A stretch of 64,000 nucleotides of DNA from an uncultured Clostridia bacterium (GCA_944387895.1 CALXGQ010000009.1:16329-80328); one strand, 5' to 3'; positions 34,348-42,683 are shown, numbered from the stretch's first letter. Translations and numbers: made by a program. Notes: generated from the sequence alone by a model not told the origin.

Positions 34348-35320
34348 AATGCTCTTCGATTTGCACGTCCTGCCAGAGCTGATTGGTTCGTATTTCCGCA
34401 TCATCGCCGTAAAAGGCGCTGCCGGCGTTTTCATCTCCCTGCAAATAATACATAAACCAGGCGGTCATATATCCGTCTGCCGAATAGAGCATCGGGGCGT
34501 GATCGGTATCCTTGCGACGCGCCATCCCTTTATCTGCCGTATCGGAAAGTTTATCAAAATTTTCCCGCATGGACCAAAGCGGGCAGATTCCCTGATTTTC
34601 GGTTTCCTCAAAGCTTGCCGCGCTTCCTGCGTCAAGCCCGCTTGCGCCCGCAACCATAAAATATGGAATCTTTATCCGCGCAACGTCATAGCGCCATTCT
34701 TCCCCAAGCCCGCCGTCCTGACTGAAAAAAGACGACGTTGCGCTTGCGGTCCAAATGGCTTTGTAACAGCCGCTGTTTTCAAACCTTGTCGCGGCATTGA
34801 TCGCCCCTACGCCGCCCTGAGAATGTCCGGCAATGCCGATATTCTCCGTATCAACCTTCCCGTAAAAGATGCTTTGCCGGTTTTCATTCTGACCAAGCAT
34901 AAAGGCAAGGCTATCAGAGGACGAAGCTCCCGTTCTGGAATTTTCATCTTCATTCCCGATCACGATGAAGCCCCAGGAGGCAAGGTGCGTAAAGATCGCC
35001 TCATATTTTGAAGCGGGAACGCCCGTACCATTCGCCATAACGACAAGGGGATATGTTTTGCCTCCCTCCTCAAGCTCCGCGGGATACCACACGCGAAACT
35101 TCCTGTAGGCAGCGTCTGTTTCCTGCTCATAATAACTCACCTCATAAGAGCCGCGGGCGGTATATGCTGCTTCTATGGCGCCGCCTGTTTCTGTCGTTTT
35201 GTAATAGGTCTCTTTCACCGCCGGCTGTTTTCCCGCCCATAACAGGAACAAAACCAAAGCGGCAAAAATCATCGCCGCTGCAAGGATCATAATGAAAAGC
35301 ACCTTCATCATTCTTTTCAT
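34346..35320 (-). CDS. Membrane-anchored alpha/beta hydrolase (lipase/polyesterase/dienelactone-hydrolase-like)
   Basis: It has a nucleophile elbow GHSQGG and an N-terminal signal anchor (MKRMMKVLFIMILAAAMIF). The start at 35320 has a GGGAGAG RBS. The longer ORF-track N-terminus runs through the divergent promoter region. Confidence 0.75.
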   Translation of the reverse strand: MKRMMKVLFIMILAAAMIFAALVLFLLWAGKQPAVKETYYKTTETGGAIEAAYTARGSYEVSYYEQETDAAYRKFRVWYPAELEEGGKTYPLVVMANGTGVPASKYEAIFTHLASWGFIVIGNEDENSRTGASSSDSLAFMLGQNENRQSIFYGKVDTENIGIAGHSQGGVGAINAATRFENSGCYKAIWTASATSSFFSQDGGLGEEWRYDVARIKIPYFMVAGASGLDAGSAASFEETENQGICPLWSMRENFDKLSDTADKGMARRKDTDHAPMLYSADGYMTAWFMYYLQGDENAGSAFYGDDAEIRTNQLWQDVQIEEH

Positions 35321-35480
35321 ATTCTCTCCCATTTCTTGACAGTATTTCAATGGATGTAATATAATATCGATGCGGTACGATAGTACCTTTTTCATCATAA
35401 GAATAAACCGGTTGTCCGTCAATATTGTTTGAGGAAAGCGGTACTTTACGGCGAAAAAATACCTTTTTTCGGAGGAAAAA

Positions 35481-35987
35481 ATGAGCAAAAGAACAAAAAC
35501 GACCGAATATCTCAAGGAGTGCATGGCAGACGCTGTGATCAAGCTGTTGGCAACGAAATCCATAGAGAAAATCACCATCCCTGAAATTGTTGAAACGGCA
35601 GGCGTCGGCCGAACAACCTGGTTTCGCCATTTTACTGCCAAAAGCGAAGCAATCACCTATAAATTCATTCGTTTATGGGAGTGCTGGACCGATGAACACA
35701 ACGTTTCCGTAAAAACAGAATTTACAATAGATAACGCCGAAACCTTTTTTGCTTACAACTACAGGATCCGCCATATCCTTGATGTGGTTTACAGAGCCGG
35801 AATGCAATCGGCGATATATGACGCTTTTTATGCGATTATGCAGCCGAGCGACCGCAATGCGCCGATAGAGGTCTATAAGCAGCGCTTCTATGCCTACGGG
35901 CTTTACGGACTGCTGGACGCCTGGGTAAAGCGCGGCTATAACGAATCTCCGCAGGAGATGGCGGAGATGGTGAAAAAAATCATGTAA
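35481..35987 (+). CDS. TetR/AcrR family transcriptional regulator
   Basis: 168 aa. The N-terminal HTH reads ITIPEIVETAGVGRTTWFRHF. It is divergent from the hydrolase. Confidence 0.85.
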   Translation: MSKRTKTTEYLKECMADAVIKLLATKSIEKITIPEIVETAGVGRTTWFRHFTAKSEAITYKFIRLWECWTDEHNVSVKTEFTIDNAETFFAYNYRIRHILDVVYRAGMQSAIYDAFYAIMQPSDRNAPIEVYKQRFYAYGLYGLLDAWVKRGYNESPQEMAEMVKKIM

Positions 35988-36046
35988 ATGAAAATAATTT
36001 GAGATATTTTCAGCCCGATCCATAGGATATAGGTGAGGCAGAAAGG

Positions 36047-36616
36047 ATGGCGATCCCTTTGGAAGATCATAAAATCATCGAATTGTTCCTGGAACGCTCG
36101 GAACATGCGATTAAGGAGCTGTCTGAAAAATATGGCGCGCTGTGCTCAAGGGTGGCCAATAATATCCTGAATAACAGACTTGATGCCGAAGAATGCGTAA
36201 ACGACGCCTATCTCGGAGTTTGGAATACCATACCGCCTCAAATGCCAAATCCTCTGAGCAGTTATGTTTGTCGTATTGTTCGCAACCTTGCCATTATGAA
36301 GTATCATTCCAACACCGCGGCGAAACGGAACAGTATTTATGATGTGGCATTGGACGAGCTTGAAAACTGCTTTGCCTCAGCTCAATCGGTTGAAGATGCG
36401 TTTGATGCGAAAACGACGGCGGAGATCATTGACCGGTTTTTGTTGTCATTGGATCAGGACAGCCGCGTGATGTTTGTCCGCCGTTATTATCACGCAGATT
36501 CCATTTCCGATATTGCCGCGCTTTTTGGCACAAGCAATCATAATGTATCCGTCAGACTTTCCCGAACAAGAGAAAAACTCAAAAAACATCTCATAAAGGA
36601 AGGTGTATCTCTATGA
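36047..36616 (+). CDS. ECF-type RNA polymerase sigma-70 family factor
   Basis: 189 aa with region 2 (DAEECVNDAYLGVW) and region 4 HTH (SISDIAALFGTSNHNVSVRLSRTREKLK). Confidence 0.85.
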   Translation: MAIPLEDHKIIELFLERSEHAIKELSEKYGALCSRVANNILNNRLDAEECVNDAYLGVWNTIPPQMPNPLSSYVCRIVRNLAIMKYHSNTAAKRNSIYDVALDELENCFASAQSVEDAFDAKTTAEIIDRFLLSLDQDSRVMFVRRYYHADSISDIAALFGTSNHNVSVRLSRTREKLKKHLIKEGVSL

Positions 36617-37539
36617 AAAGAAAAAGAATTTCCGATACGATCAGCAATCTGAATGAAAGCATTGTTGAAGAAGCAACAGCATATCAAAAAGCTTCTGCAA
36701 AGCGTAACGCTTGGATGAAATGGGTAGCTGTTGCAGCTTGCTTCGCACTTGTGTTGGCTATCGGTATTCCGGCACTTTATAATATGCAGATCGGACAAGA
36801 TAAAACGCTGGTTGACAATATATGGATAATTAGATACGATAATGCCTACTACGAAATTATTGAAGACAACCCTGAAGCACTTGAAAAATTCGGCGTCGTG
36901 ACCGAAGTAACAGAAGATGTAATTGGCGAGCATATCTGTTATTTGCAGTTCGAGTATCCCGAATCAGAACGCTCTCAATGTATCGTATCGGATGAAAAAA
37001 CCGAAATGGAGCTGCTTGAATACAAGCCTGCAAACAACAAGGCACACCGTATTTTTCGCAACGGCGAAAAGTATTACATTGCCCGTTTTTGCAATTATCT
37101 GAATCCTGATGATGTATCTTATTCCGTCAGTACCGCTCTTGAAGTTTTTGGTATTTATGGTTCTGATGATATTAAAAGCATTGCCCCGACTTCCACCGAC
37201 AATACTTGGAAGATTACGGGAACGGCTGTTACGGACAAGGACACAATCGCTGCTTTCTATAATGAAATCATCAGGCTGCAGCATTACAGCTGGGACGAAT
37301 ATCACGACCTTGCTTTTGCCGACCATCTTAAAGAGGCTGAAGCTGAAGGCAGTACGGATGCCGAAATATATCAACAGTATGCTGACGATCTTTGCGTGCT
37401 TGTTATCGAAACCGTTGATGGCATCCGATTTACCATCGACTATTATCCGTCTTTTGAGTGGATATACTTCTCAGTAACCCAAACTCATTGTCAGATAACA
37501 ACCGCAATGTCCGATTGGATAAAGGACCATATGCAATAA
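36613..37539 (+). CDS. Single-pass membrane protein, putative anti-sigma factor partner
   Basis: 308 aa. It overlaps the sigma gene by 4 nt (ATGA). It has a short cytoplasmic N-terminus, one TM helix (WVAVAACFALVLAIGIPAL) and a large extracytoplasmic domain. No recognisable zinc anti-sigma motif was seen. Confidence 0.5.
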   Translation: MKRKRISDTISNLNESIVEEATAYQKASAKRNAWMKWVAVAACFALVLAIGIPALYNMQIGQDKTLVDNIWIIRYDNAYYEIIEDNPEALEKFGVVTEVTEDVIGEHICYLQFEYPESERSQCIVSDEKTEMELLEYKPANNKAHRIFRNGEKYYIARFCNYLNPDDVSYSVSTALEVFGIYGSDDIKSIAPTSTDNTWKITGTAVTDKDTIAAFYNEIIRLQHYSWDEYHDLAFADHLKEAEAEGSTDAEIYQQYADDLCVLVIETVDGIRFTIDYYPSFEWIYFSVTQTHCQITTAMSDWIKDHMQ

Positions 37540-37556
37540 CACCCTGCTACAAAAAA

Positions 37557-37591
37557 GGAGCCGGTACACCCCGTGGGGGTGCACCGGCTCC
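37557..37591. terminator. Bidirectional terminator hairpin between the anti-sigma-like gene and the divIVA-like gene
   Basis: A 16-bp GC-rich stem (ggagccggtacacccc/ggggtgcaccggctcc) has one mismatch. Confidence 0.7.
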
Positions 37592-37625
37592 TTACATAAA
37601 GTTACTTCCGTACCGGCAATCTGTT

Positions 37626-38336
37626 TCAATCCTTCAAATGGGATTTGGAAAGCATCACGTCCTGATCCATGCAGGAAAATCGCTTTTCAAAATCATCAAG
37701 GCTTTTCAGCGCATTGTTTAATTTTTCAGCAGCATCGCCCTTGGCGGTCATCAGATTGGATTTCAGCAGCTGATAATCGGAAATCAAAAGACGGTAACGC
37801 TGCTCGGCGTCGTCACGCAGGGCTTTTGCCTGCTCTTCGGCATCCTTGATGATGCCGGCGGCGTCGTTTTTAGCCTTGATCATCAGCTCGGCCAAAACTT
37901 CGCGGTTATCGTCGTAAAGCTGAGCGCGCCGGCGCAGCTCACGCAGCTCGCCCGCCTGGCTCTGGAAGCGCTGATTCAGCTCAGACCGGGCAGCCTCCTC
38001 ATATTTGGGCACCATCTCTTCTTCAACCTGCCGGCGCACCTCTTTTTCGATCCGGGGACGCAGCTCCGTCTCCACTCGTATGCGGATGCTTTCTTCCAAT
38101 ACCGGCGTCAGCTCTTCCGCAATCGCCGTCCGCAAAGCCTCTTCATCGGCGATCTGCTGCTCACGGTCGGCCGTTTCTTCGTTTTTTTCATCCTCCATCT
38201 GAGCCAGGCGAATATTCGCTTCATCCAGATCTTTTTGCAGCATCTCTGCCCGCCGATTCAGATCGTTGATATATGAAACCACTTCTTCCTTACTGTATCC
38301 TTTAAATACCGTTTTAAAAATTTCAGCATTCGCCAT
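37626..38336 (-). CDS. DivIVA domain-containing coiled-coil protein
   Basis: 236 aa. The N-terminal DivIVA motif reads FKTVFKGYSKEEVVSYINDL, followed by a long E/R/A-rich coiled coil. Confidence 0.8.
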   Translation of the reverse strand: MANAEIFKTVFKGYSKEEVVSYINDLNRRAEMLQKDLDEANIRLAQMEDEKNEETADREQQIADEEALRTAIAEELTPVLEESIRIRVETELRPRIEKEVRRQVEEEMVPKYEEAARSELNQRFQSQAGELRELRRRAQLYDDNREVLAELMIKAKNDAAGIIKDAEEQAKALRDDAEQRYRLLISDYQLLKSNLMTAKGDAAEKLNNALKSLDDFEKRFSCMDQDVMLSKSHLKD

Positions 38337-38430
38337 AATCGGCCTCCATCAATTTTTATTAAATTTATCATATCATATTCCTGAAAAAAAAGCAATATTT
38401 TCATTTCCGGAAATTAATTTCAAAAAAAGG

Positions 38431-38459
38431 TTGCAATTTTAAAGACAAAAGAGTATAAT
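38431..38459 (+). promoter_or_regulatory. SigA promoter for tRNA-Arg (TTGCAA-17-TATAAT)
   Basis: Hexamers were read directly, with the -10 ending 14 nt upstream of the tRNA 5' end. Confidence 0.7.
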
Positions 38460-38473
38460 ATCAAACTGTAAAT

Positions 38474-38550
38474 GCGCCCGTAGCGCAGTTGGATAGCGCG
38501 TCAGACTCCGACTCTGAAGGCCGCTGGTTCGAATCCAGTCGGGCGTACCA
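38474..38550 (+). tRNA. tRNA-Arg (anticodon CCG), CCA encoded
   Basis: The cloverleaf was folded by hand: acceptor GCGCCCG/CGGGCGT, D stem GCGC/GCGC, anticodon stem TCAGA/TCTGA with loop CTCCGAC, and T arm GCTGG-TTCGAAT-CCAGT. Confidence 0.93.
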
Positions 38551-38551
38551 G

Positions 38552-38590
38552 AAAAATGGACGGCAAAAATGCCGTCCATTTTTTGTTTTT
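38552..38590 (+). terminator. Intrinsic terminator after tRNA-Arg
   Basis: A 9-bp stem (atggacggc/gccgtccat) is followed by TTTTTTGTTTTTT. Confidence 0.8.
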
Positions 38591-38631
38591 TCAGAGGTGG
38601 CAAAATGGCGGAGGGGCATAAGTTTTGCGGC

Positions 38632-38660
38632 TTGACACAGCGTATTTCTAATGCTATAAT
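38632..38660 (+). promoter_or_regulatory. Consensus SigA promoter (TTGACA-17-TATAAT) for the natAB-like operon
   Basis: Both hexamers are perfect. It lies 195 nt upstream of the ATG at 38856. Confidence 0.7.
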
Positions 38661-38855
38661 ATTTCCCAGTCAAAATGATCCGAAAAAGTTCTCCGATTTA
38701 AAAGACCGGAATCCTTCCAAAAGCACCGGATCAGGCTGATTTTAAGGCGCAAGCCAACGGACGGATAGGAATCCACAGATCCTCCCGACCTCCGGACTTG
38801 GCCATTTCCCTGCCGCCGCTGCGGCAGTCCTGAATCCACAACGGGAGAAATAAGA
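38661..38855 (+). promoter_or_regulatory. Long structured 5' leader of the natAB-like operon (unclassified cis-regulatory candidate)
   Basis: About 195 nt with no coding potential. It contains a 7-bp GC hairpin (38810-38827), CTCCCG (38782-38787) complementary to the SD CGGGAG (38842-38847), and GAATCCACA repeated at 38769 and 38832. Confidence 0.4.
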
Positions 38856-39632
38856 ATGAAAGCAATTCTCGAAGCGCAAAAACTCACCAAATCCTTTCCC
38901 CTTTCCGCCAGGCAGAAAAAGCTGGAAAAAACAACCGACAAACGCAAAATAGCTGTAAAGGATTTATCCTTTACAGCATATGAAGGGGAAATTTTCGGTC
39001 TGCTCGGGCCAAACGGCGCCGGAAAAACAACGACATTGCGGATGCTGGCAACGCTGATCAATCCGGACAGCGGCGACGCTTTCATCGACGGCGTCAGCAT
39101 TATCAGCAATCCTGCCCTCGCCCGCAGCAAGATCGGATTTCTGACCAGCGAAATGAAGCTGGAGGATTTTTTTACGCCCAGCGATCTTTTTGATTTCTTT
39201 TCCGATCTCTATAAGGTGGACGACGAAACCAGAGAAGACCGAAAAAAAGAGATGTTTACGCGGTTCGGGATCCAGGAGTTTGCCGATACAAAAGTTGCCA
39301 ACCTTTCCACCGGCATGAAGCAGAAGGTTTCGCTGGTTATTTCGCTGGTCAACGACCCCGAGATCATCATTTTTGACGAGCCGACCAACGGTCTGGATGT
39401 TTTGACCGCAAAGACCGTTACCGATTTTCTTCTGGAGCTGAAAGCCCGGGGAAAAACCATCCTCCTCTCAACCCATATCTTCAGCCTTGCGGAAAAGCTC
39501 TGCGACAGAGTCGGCGTCATCATCGACGGAAAAATGATCCGTTGCGATACGCTGGAAGAACTGAAAAAAGGCAGAAGTCTTGAAGATTGTTTTTTTGATT
39601 TATATGATGAAATTTCGGGTGAAAGAAAATGA
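38856..39632 (+). CDS. ABC transporter ATP-binding protein, NatA-like (ABC-2 exporter type)
   Basis: 258 aa with Walker A GPNGAGKTT, the signature LSTGMKQK and Walker B IIFDEPTNGLD. Confidence 0.85.
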   Translation: MKAILEAQKLTKSFPLSARQKKLEKTTDKRKIAVKDLSFTAYEGEIFGLLGPNGAGKTTTLRMLATLINPDSGDAFIDGVSIISNPALARSKIGFLTSEMKLEDFFTPSDLFDFFSDLYKVDDETREDRKKEMFTRFGIQEFADTKVANLSTGMKQKVSLVISLVNDPEIIIFDEPTNGLDVLTAKTVTDFLLELKARGKTILLSTHIFSLAEKLCDRVGVIIDGKMIRCDTLEELKKGRSLEDCFFDLYDEISGERK

Positions 39633-40804
39633 ATAACGGAATCTGGACCATTGCAAAAAAAGAACTGCGCCGGTTTTTCGGCGATCGCAGAATGCTGCTC
39701 ACAACGCTTCTGCTCCCCGGCCTTACCATCTACATCATGTATTCCTTCATGGGCATGGCGCTGGAGAACAGCTTCAGCGTAGACGAAGACCAGAGTTTTT
39801 CCATATCTGCCGTCAATCTGCCGGATTCCGCCCAAATGCTTTTAAGCGGGATCTCCGCCGCAGTAACCGAAGTAGACGCCGGTCAATTGGAGGAGGCGAA
39901 AACGGCTGTTTCCGAGCAGCAATGCGACCTTTTGCTTTGCTTTCCGGAGCAGTTTGACGCATTGGTCGAAGCTTATTCGCAGGCGTCCGGCTCCTCGGCG
40001 CCCAATATTGAGATCTATTACAATTCCGCGTCAACCACTTCCGCAACCGCTTATTCAACAGTCACAGGTCTGCTGAGTGATTATGAAGAGCAGCTTGTAA
40101 ACAAATTCAATATCAACGATCAAATATCTGGCGATCTGGCGACAGAGGAAGAAACGTCCGGCAGCTTTTTTGCGATGATGATGCCGATGCTTTTGATGAT
40201 CTTCCTTTTCAGCGGCAGTATGGCTACCGCCACAGAATCCATTGCAGGAGAAAAAGAACGCGGGACCATTGCCACCATGCTGGTTACGCCGGTGCGACGC
40301 AGCGACATCGCCTTTGGCAAGATCATCGCCCTTTCGATCACGGCGCTGCTCTCCGGCCTTTCCAGCGCGATCGGAACGATCCTTTCCTTCCCGAAACTGA
40401 TGAACACCGACGACATCGATATAGCTGTCAGCTACACGGCCTTTGATTATCTCCTGCTGGGATTGATCATCCTCTCCACCGTATTGATCCTGGTTGCGGC
40501 CATTTCCATCATCTCCGCTTTTGCAAAATCGATCAAAGAAGCCCAAACCCTTGTTCTGCCGCTGATGATCGCCGTGATGGCTCTGGGCATCACCGCAATG
40601 TTCGGCGGCGGCGCCAAAACTGAACTCTTCTATTACCTGATCCCGCTTTATAACAGCGTACAGTGCATGGTAGGCATTTTTTCCTATGAAATCTATCCTG
40701 TCTATTTTGCCGTTACAATCATCGTCAATCTCTGCTGCACCCTACTCGGCGCTTTGGTGCTGGCCAAAATGTTTAACAGCGAAAAAATCATCTTTTCAAA
40801 ATAA
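39629..40804 (+). CDS. ABC-2 family permease, NatB-like
   Basis: 391 aa with TM1, an extracytoplasmic loop of about 150 aa and five C-terminal TM helices. It overlaps the ATPase gene by 4 nt. Confidence 0.8.
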   Translation: MNNGIWTIAKKELRRFFGDRRMLLTTLLLPGLTIYIMYSFMGMALENSFSVDEDQSFSISAVNLPDSAQMLLSGISAAVTEVDAGQLEEAKTAVSEQQCDLLLCFPEQFDALVEAYSQASGSSAPNIEIYYNSASTTSATAYSTVTGLLSDYEEQLVNKFNINDQISGDLATEEETSGSFFAMMMPMLLMIFLFSGSMATATESIAGEKERGTIATMLVTPVRRSDIAFGKIIALSITALLSGLSSAIGTILSFPKLMNTDDIDIAVSYTAFDYLLLGLIILSTVLILVAAISIISAFAKSIKEAQTLVLPLMIAVMALGITAMFGGGAKTELFYYLIPLYNSVQCMVGIFSYEIYPVYFAVTIIVNLCCTLLGALVLAKMFNSEKIIFSK

Positions 40805-40858
40805 TTTCGGTATATTCCGGTTTCTCTGTGGCCATCATAATAGGCGGAGGCGCTTTTT

Positions 40859-41011
40859 ATGAAATCAGATGAAAAAAAGGACGTCGTCCCCTATTTTAGC
40901 ACCCTGCCGATGCTACAGCCGGAATGGAAAGAGATGGAAAGCAGGGTCACAATCCCTCAGGAAGACGACGTTCGCCTGACCAAAAGATGGAGTGAAGAGT
41001 TGAAACTCTAA
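40859..41011 (+). CDS. Small (50 aa) hydrophilic hypothetical protein, below the ORF-track cutoff
   Basis: The ATG is preceded by GGCGGAGG. The product is MKSDEKKDVVPYFSTLPMLQPEWKEMESRVTIPQEDDVRLTKRWSEELKL. The stop abuts a strong terminator. Confidence 0.5.
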   Translation: MKSDEKKDVVPYFSTLPMLQPEWKEMESRVTIPQEDDVRLTKRWSEELKL

Positions 41012-41047
41012 AGAGAAGGGTCTGTTTTAGCAGACCCCTCTCTTTTT
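41012..41047 (+). terminator. Intrinsic terminator closing the natAB-like/small-ORF unit
   Basis: A 13-bp stem (agagaagggtctg/cagacccctctct) has one mismatch and is followed by a T-run. Confidence 0.75.
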
Positions 41048-41123
41048 ATGGAATTGTTTACACCTTTTTAAAATTTGCCGTGTTATAATTATTTTGATCC
41101 AAATAACACGCAGGAGGAATCCC

Positions 41124-41474
41124 ATGTCAAGAGCAAAAAGAAAAAAACAAACCGATAAAATCGAGCTCAGCGATACCTTTGTTTCAATTTTTGTCGTCTG
41201 CTGGGTGATGGTATTTTCCTATATTGCCATTTTCAACAACAGCGGCATCCTCGCAAAGATAACCGTTGTGCCCGTCTTTTTTCTATACGGCCTTTATCTG
41301 ATCGGAAGTGCGGTATTTCAAATCAAGGAGCTGGAGATCCTCAAAGCGCTGGGGCGCGATACCTTTGAAGTGGAGCGGCGGCTGCGGAAAAATCCGCCCA
41401 AATTAAGCCCGCTGAAGCTGGTTTTCGCAGGCATCAGCATTGCCGCAGGGATCCTCTGCTGCATTTTCCTATAA
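41124..41474 (+). CDS. Hypothetical 3-TM membrane protein
   Basis: The ATG at 41124 follows AGGAGG. The product is 116 aa with a basic N-terminus (MSRAKRKKQTDK) and three hydrophobic helices. Confidence 0.6.
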   Translation: MSRAKRKKQTDKIELSDTFVSIFVVCWVMVFSYIAIFNNSGILAKITVVPVFFLYGLYLIGSAVFQIKELEILKALGRDTFEVERRLRKNPPKLSPLKLVFAGISIAAGILCCIFL

Positions 41475-41574
41475 AACACCGGCCTTTCGCAAGGGCTTTG
41501 GCTAAAATTAAGCCATGGCTCTTCGCACCGGCTTTTACCCCCCTCTTTGCGCAGTAACGCTTCCGCGCCAAATA

Positions 41575-41606
41575 AAAAATCCGTTCAATTTGAACGGATT
41601 TTTTTG
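41575..41606 (+). terminator. Intrinsic terminator
   Basis: A stem (atccgttca/tgaacggat) is flanked by an A-run and a T7 run. Confidence 0.7.
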
Positions 41607-41736
41607 GTTTTTCTTCAAAATGAAACGGGTAAAATTACGGCTTTTTAAGCCCAAAACCCTATTTCATTGTATAATTATATCACAAATAGGAATAAAAAGC
41701 ATGACTTTTGGAGCATTAAGTCAGCTTCCTTTAATA

Positions 41737-41765
41737 TTGCTTTTAACCTTTCGCCATGGTATAAT
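41737..41765 (+). promoter_or_regulatory. SigA promoter for the YgjV-like gene (TTGCTT-17-TATAAT, TGn extended)
   Basis: Hexamers were read directly, and atggTATAAT gives an extended -10. Confidence 0.6.
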
Positions 41766-41789
41766 ATGGACCAATAAAGGAGTAAAAAA

Positions 41790-42299
41790 GTGGAAGTATT
41801 AGGTCAAATATTGGGATTTATTTCTTTTGGAATTGCTTTTGTTCTTTATCAAATTAAAGACAGAAAGCACTTGCTTATTGTACAAACTCTATTAGTTACT
41901 GTTATGGGTATTCATTATTTTTGTCTTGAAGCATATCCGGCTATGGCCATGAATTTATTTGGTGTTCTAAGAAACGTAATATATTATCGCAAAGATGTTT
42001 TCAAGTGGAAATACACACCTATTATAGTTTCGCTGTTTATGATGTCAGTCGGAATTTTTACAGCATCAGGCATTTGGTCTGTATTGGTTATTATTGGGCT
42101 TACAATAAACACCTACTGTCTTTCTTTTGAAAATACACAACATCTTAAAATCAGTATTCTTATTACATCACCGTTGGTTTTGATATATAATGTTATAATG
42201 TTTTCGTTGGGCGGTATTTTATTGGAAACAATATCTATTATTTCCGCTGTAATATTCCTTGTCCGCAATCTAAAAACAAAAAGCGATATTAAAATCTAA
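41790..42299 (+). CDS. YgjV-family-like inner membrane protein
   Basis: 169 aa with a GTG start after AAAGGAG, about five TM helices and a very AT-rich gene body. The family call is from memory of YgjV-like sequences. Confidence 0.6.
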   Translation: MEVLGQILGFISFGIAFVLYQIKDRKHLLIVQTLLVTVMGIHYFCLEAYPAMAMNLFGVLRNVIYYRKDVFKWKYTPIIVSLFMMSVGIFTASGIWSVLVIIGLTINTYCLSFENTQHLKISILITSPLVLIYNVIMFSLGGILLETISIISAVIFLVRNLKTKSDIKI

Positions 42300-42434
42300 T
42301 TTTGGTGATATGATGTTTGATTTTAATTTGCATAGCAATATTTGACACGTCTCTGACTGCCCTGCAGAAAAAATGATTAAAAAGCAGAATAAATAGGATA
42401 GAGAGAAGAGTGGAAAGTGAAGAGGTAAGAAGTA

Positions 42435-42466
42435 AAAATTCCGTCCTCTTGCGAGAACGGAATTTT
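42435..42466 (-). terminator. Intrinsic terminator after the tRNA-Asp/tRNA-Thr pair
   Basis: A stem (aattccgt/acggaatt) is followed by a T-run on the minus strand. It directly abuts the 3' CCA of tRNA-Thr. Confidence 0.7.
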
Positions 42467-42542
42467 TGGAGCTGTTGATCAGAATTGAACTGACGACCTC
42501 ATCCTTACCAAGGATGCACTCTACCGACTGAGCTACAACAGC
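42467..42542 (-). tRNA. tRNA-Thr (anticodon GGT), CCA encoded
   Basis: The reverse complement folds as a canonical 76-nt cloverleaf with anticodon stem CATCC/GGATG, loop TTGGTAA and T loop TTCAATT. Confidence 0.93.
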
Positions 42543-42546
42543 AGGA

Positions 42547-42623
42547 TGGCGACCTGGATGGGGCTCGAACCCACGACCTCTAGCGTGACAGGCTAGCGTT
42601 CTAACCAGCTGAACTACCAGGCC
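42547..42623 (-). tRNA. tRNA-Asp (anticodon GTC), CCA encoded
   Basis: The reverse complement folds as a 77-nt cloverleaf with anticodon stem CTAGC/GCTAG, loop CTGTCAC and T arm GTGGG-TTCGAGC-CCCAT. It is 4 nt from tRNA-Thr. Confidence 0.93.
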
Positions 42624-42654
42624 ATTGCCGGCGCGCTTTAAAATGCGCTCCCCT

Positions 42655-42683
42655 ATTATACACAACTCTCCCGGATTTGTAAA
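42655..42683 (-). promoter_or_regulatory. SigA promoter for the tRNA-Asp/Thr pair (TTTACA-17-TATAAT)
   Basis: Hexamers were read on the minus strand. The -10 ends about 31 nt upstream of the tRNA-Asp 5' end. Confidence 0.65.

Noticed and set aside
34346-35656. The 436-aa version of the hydrolase ORF, with an extra 112-aa N-terminus.
   Set aside because: The extension runs through the divergent TetR promoter region and overlaps the TetR gene start. The internal ATG at 35320 has a good RBS and is followed by a typical signal anchor.
38461-39130. Minus-strand ORFs 38461-38673 and 38654-39130, and 42270-42665 elsewhere.
   Set aside because: They overlap tRNA genes, terminators or the natA coding region. 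They have no RBS and give implausible translations.
41515-41802. The 95-aa plus-strand ORF in the spacer before the YgjV-like gene.
   Set aside because: It spans an intrinsic terminator and the downstream promoter, has no RBS, and gives a low-complexity translation.
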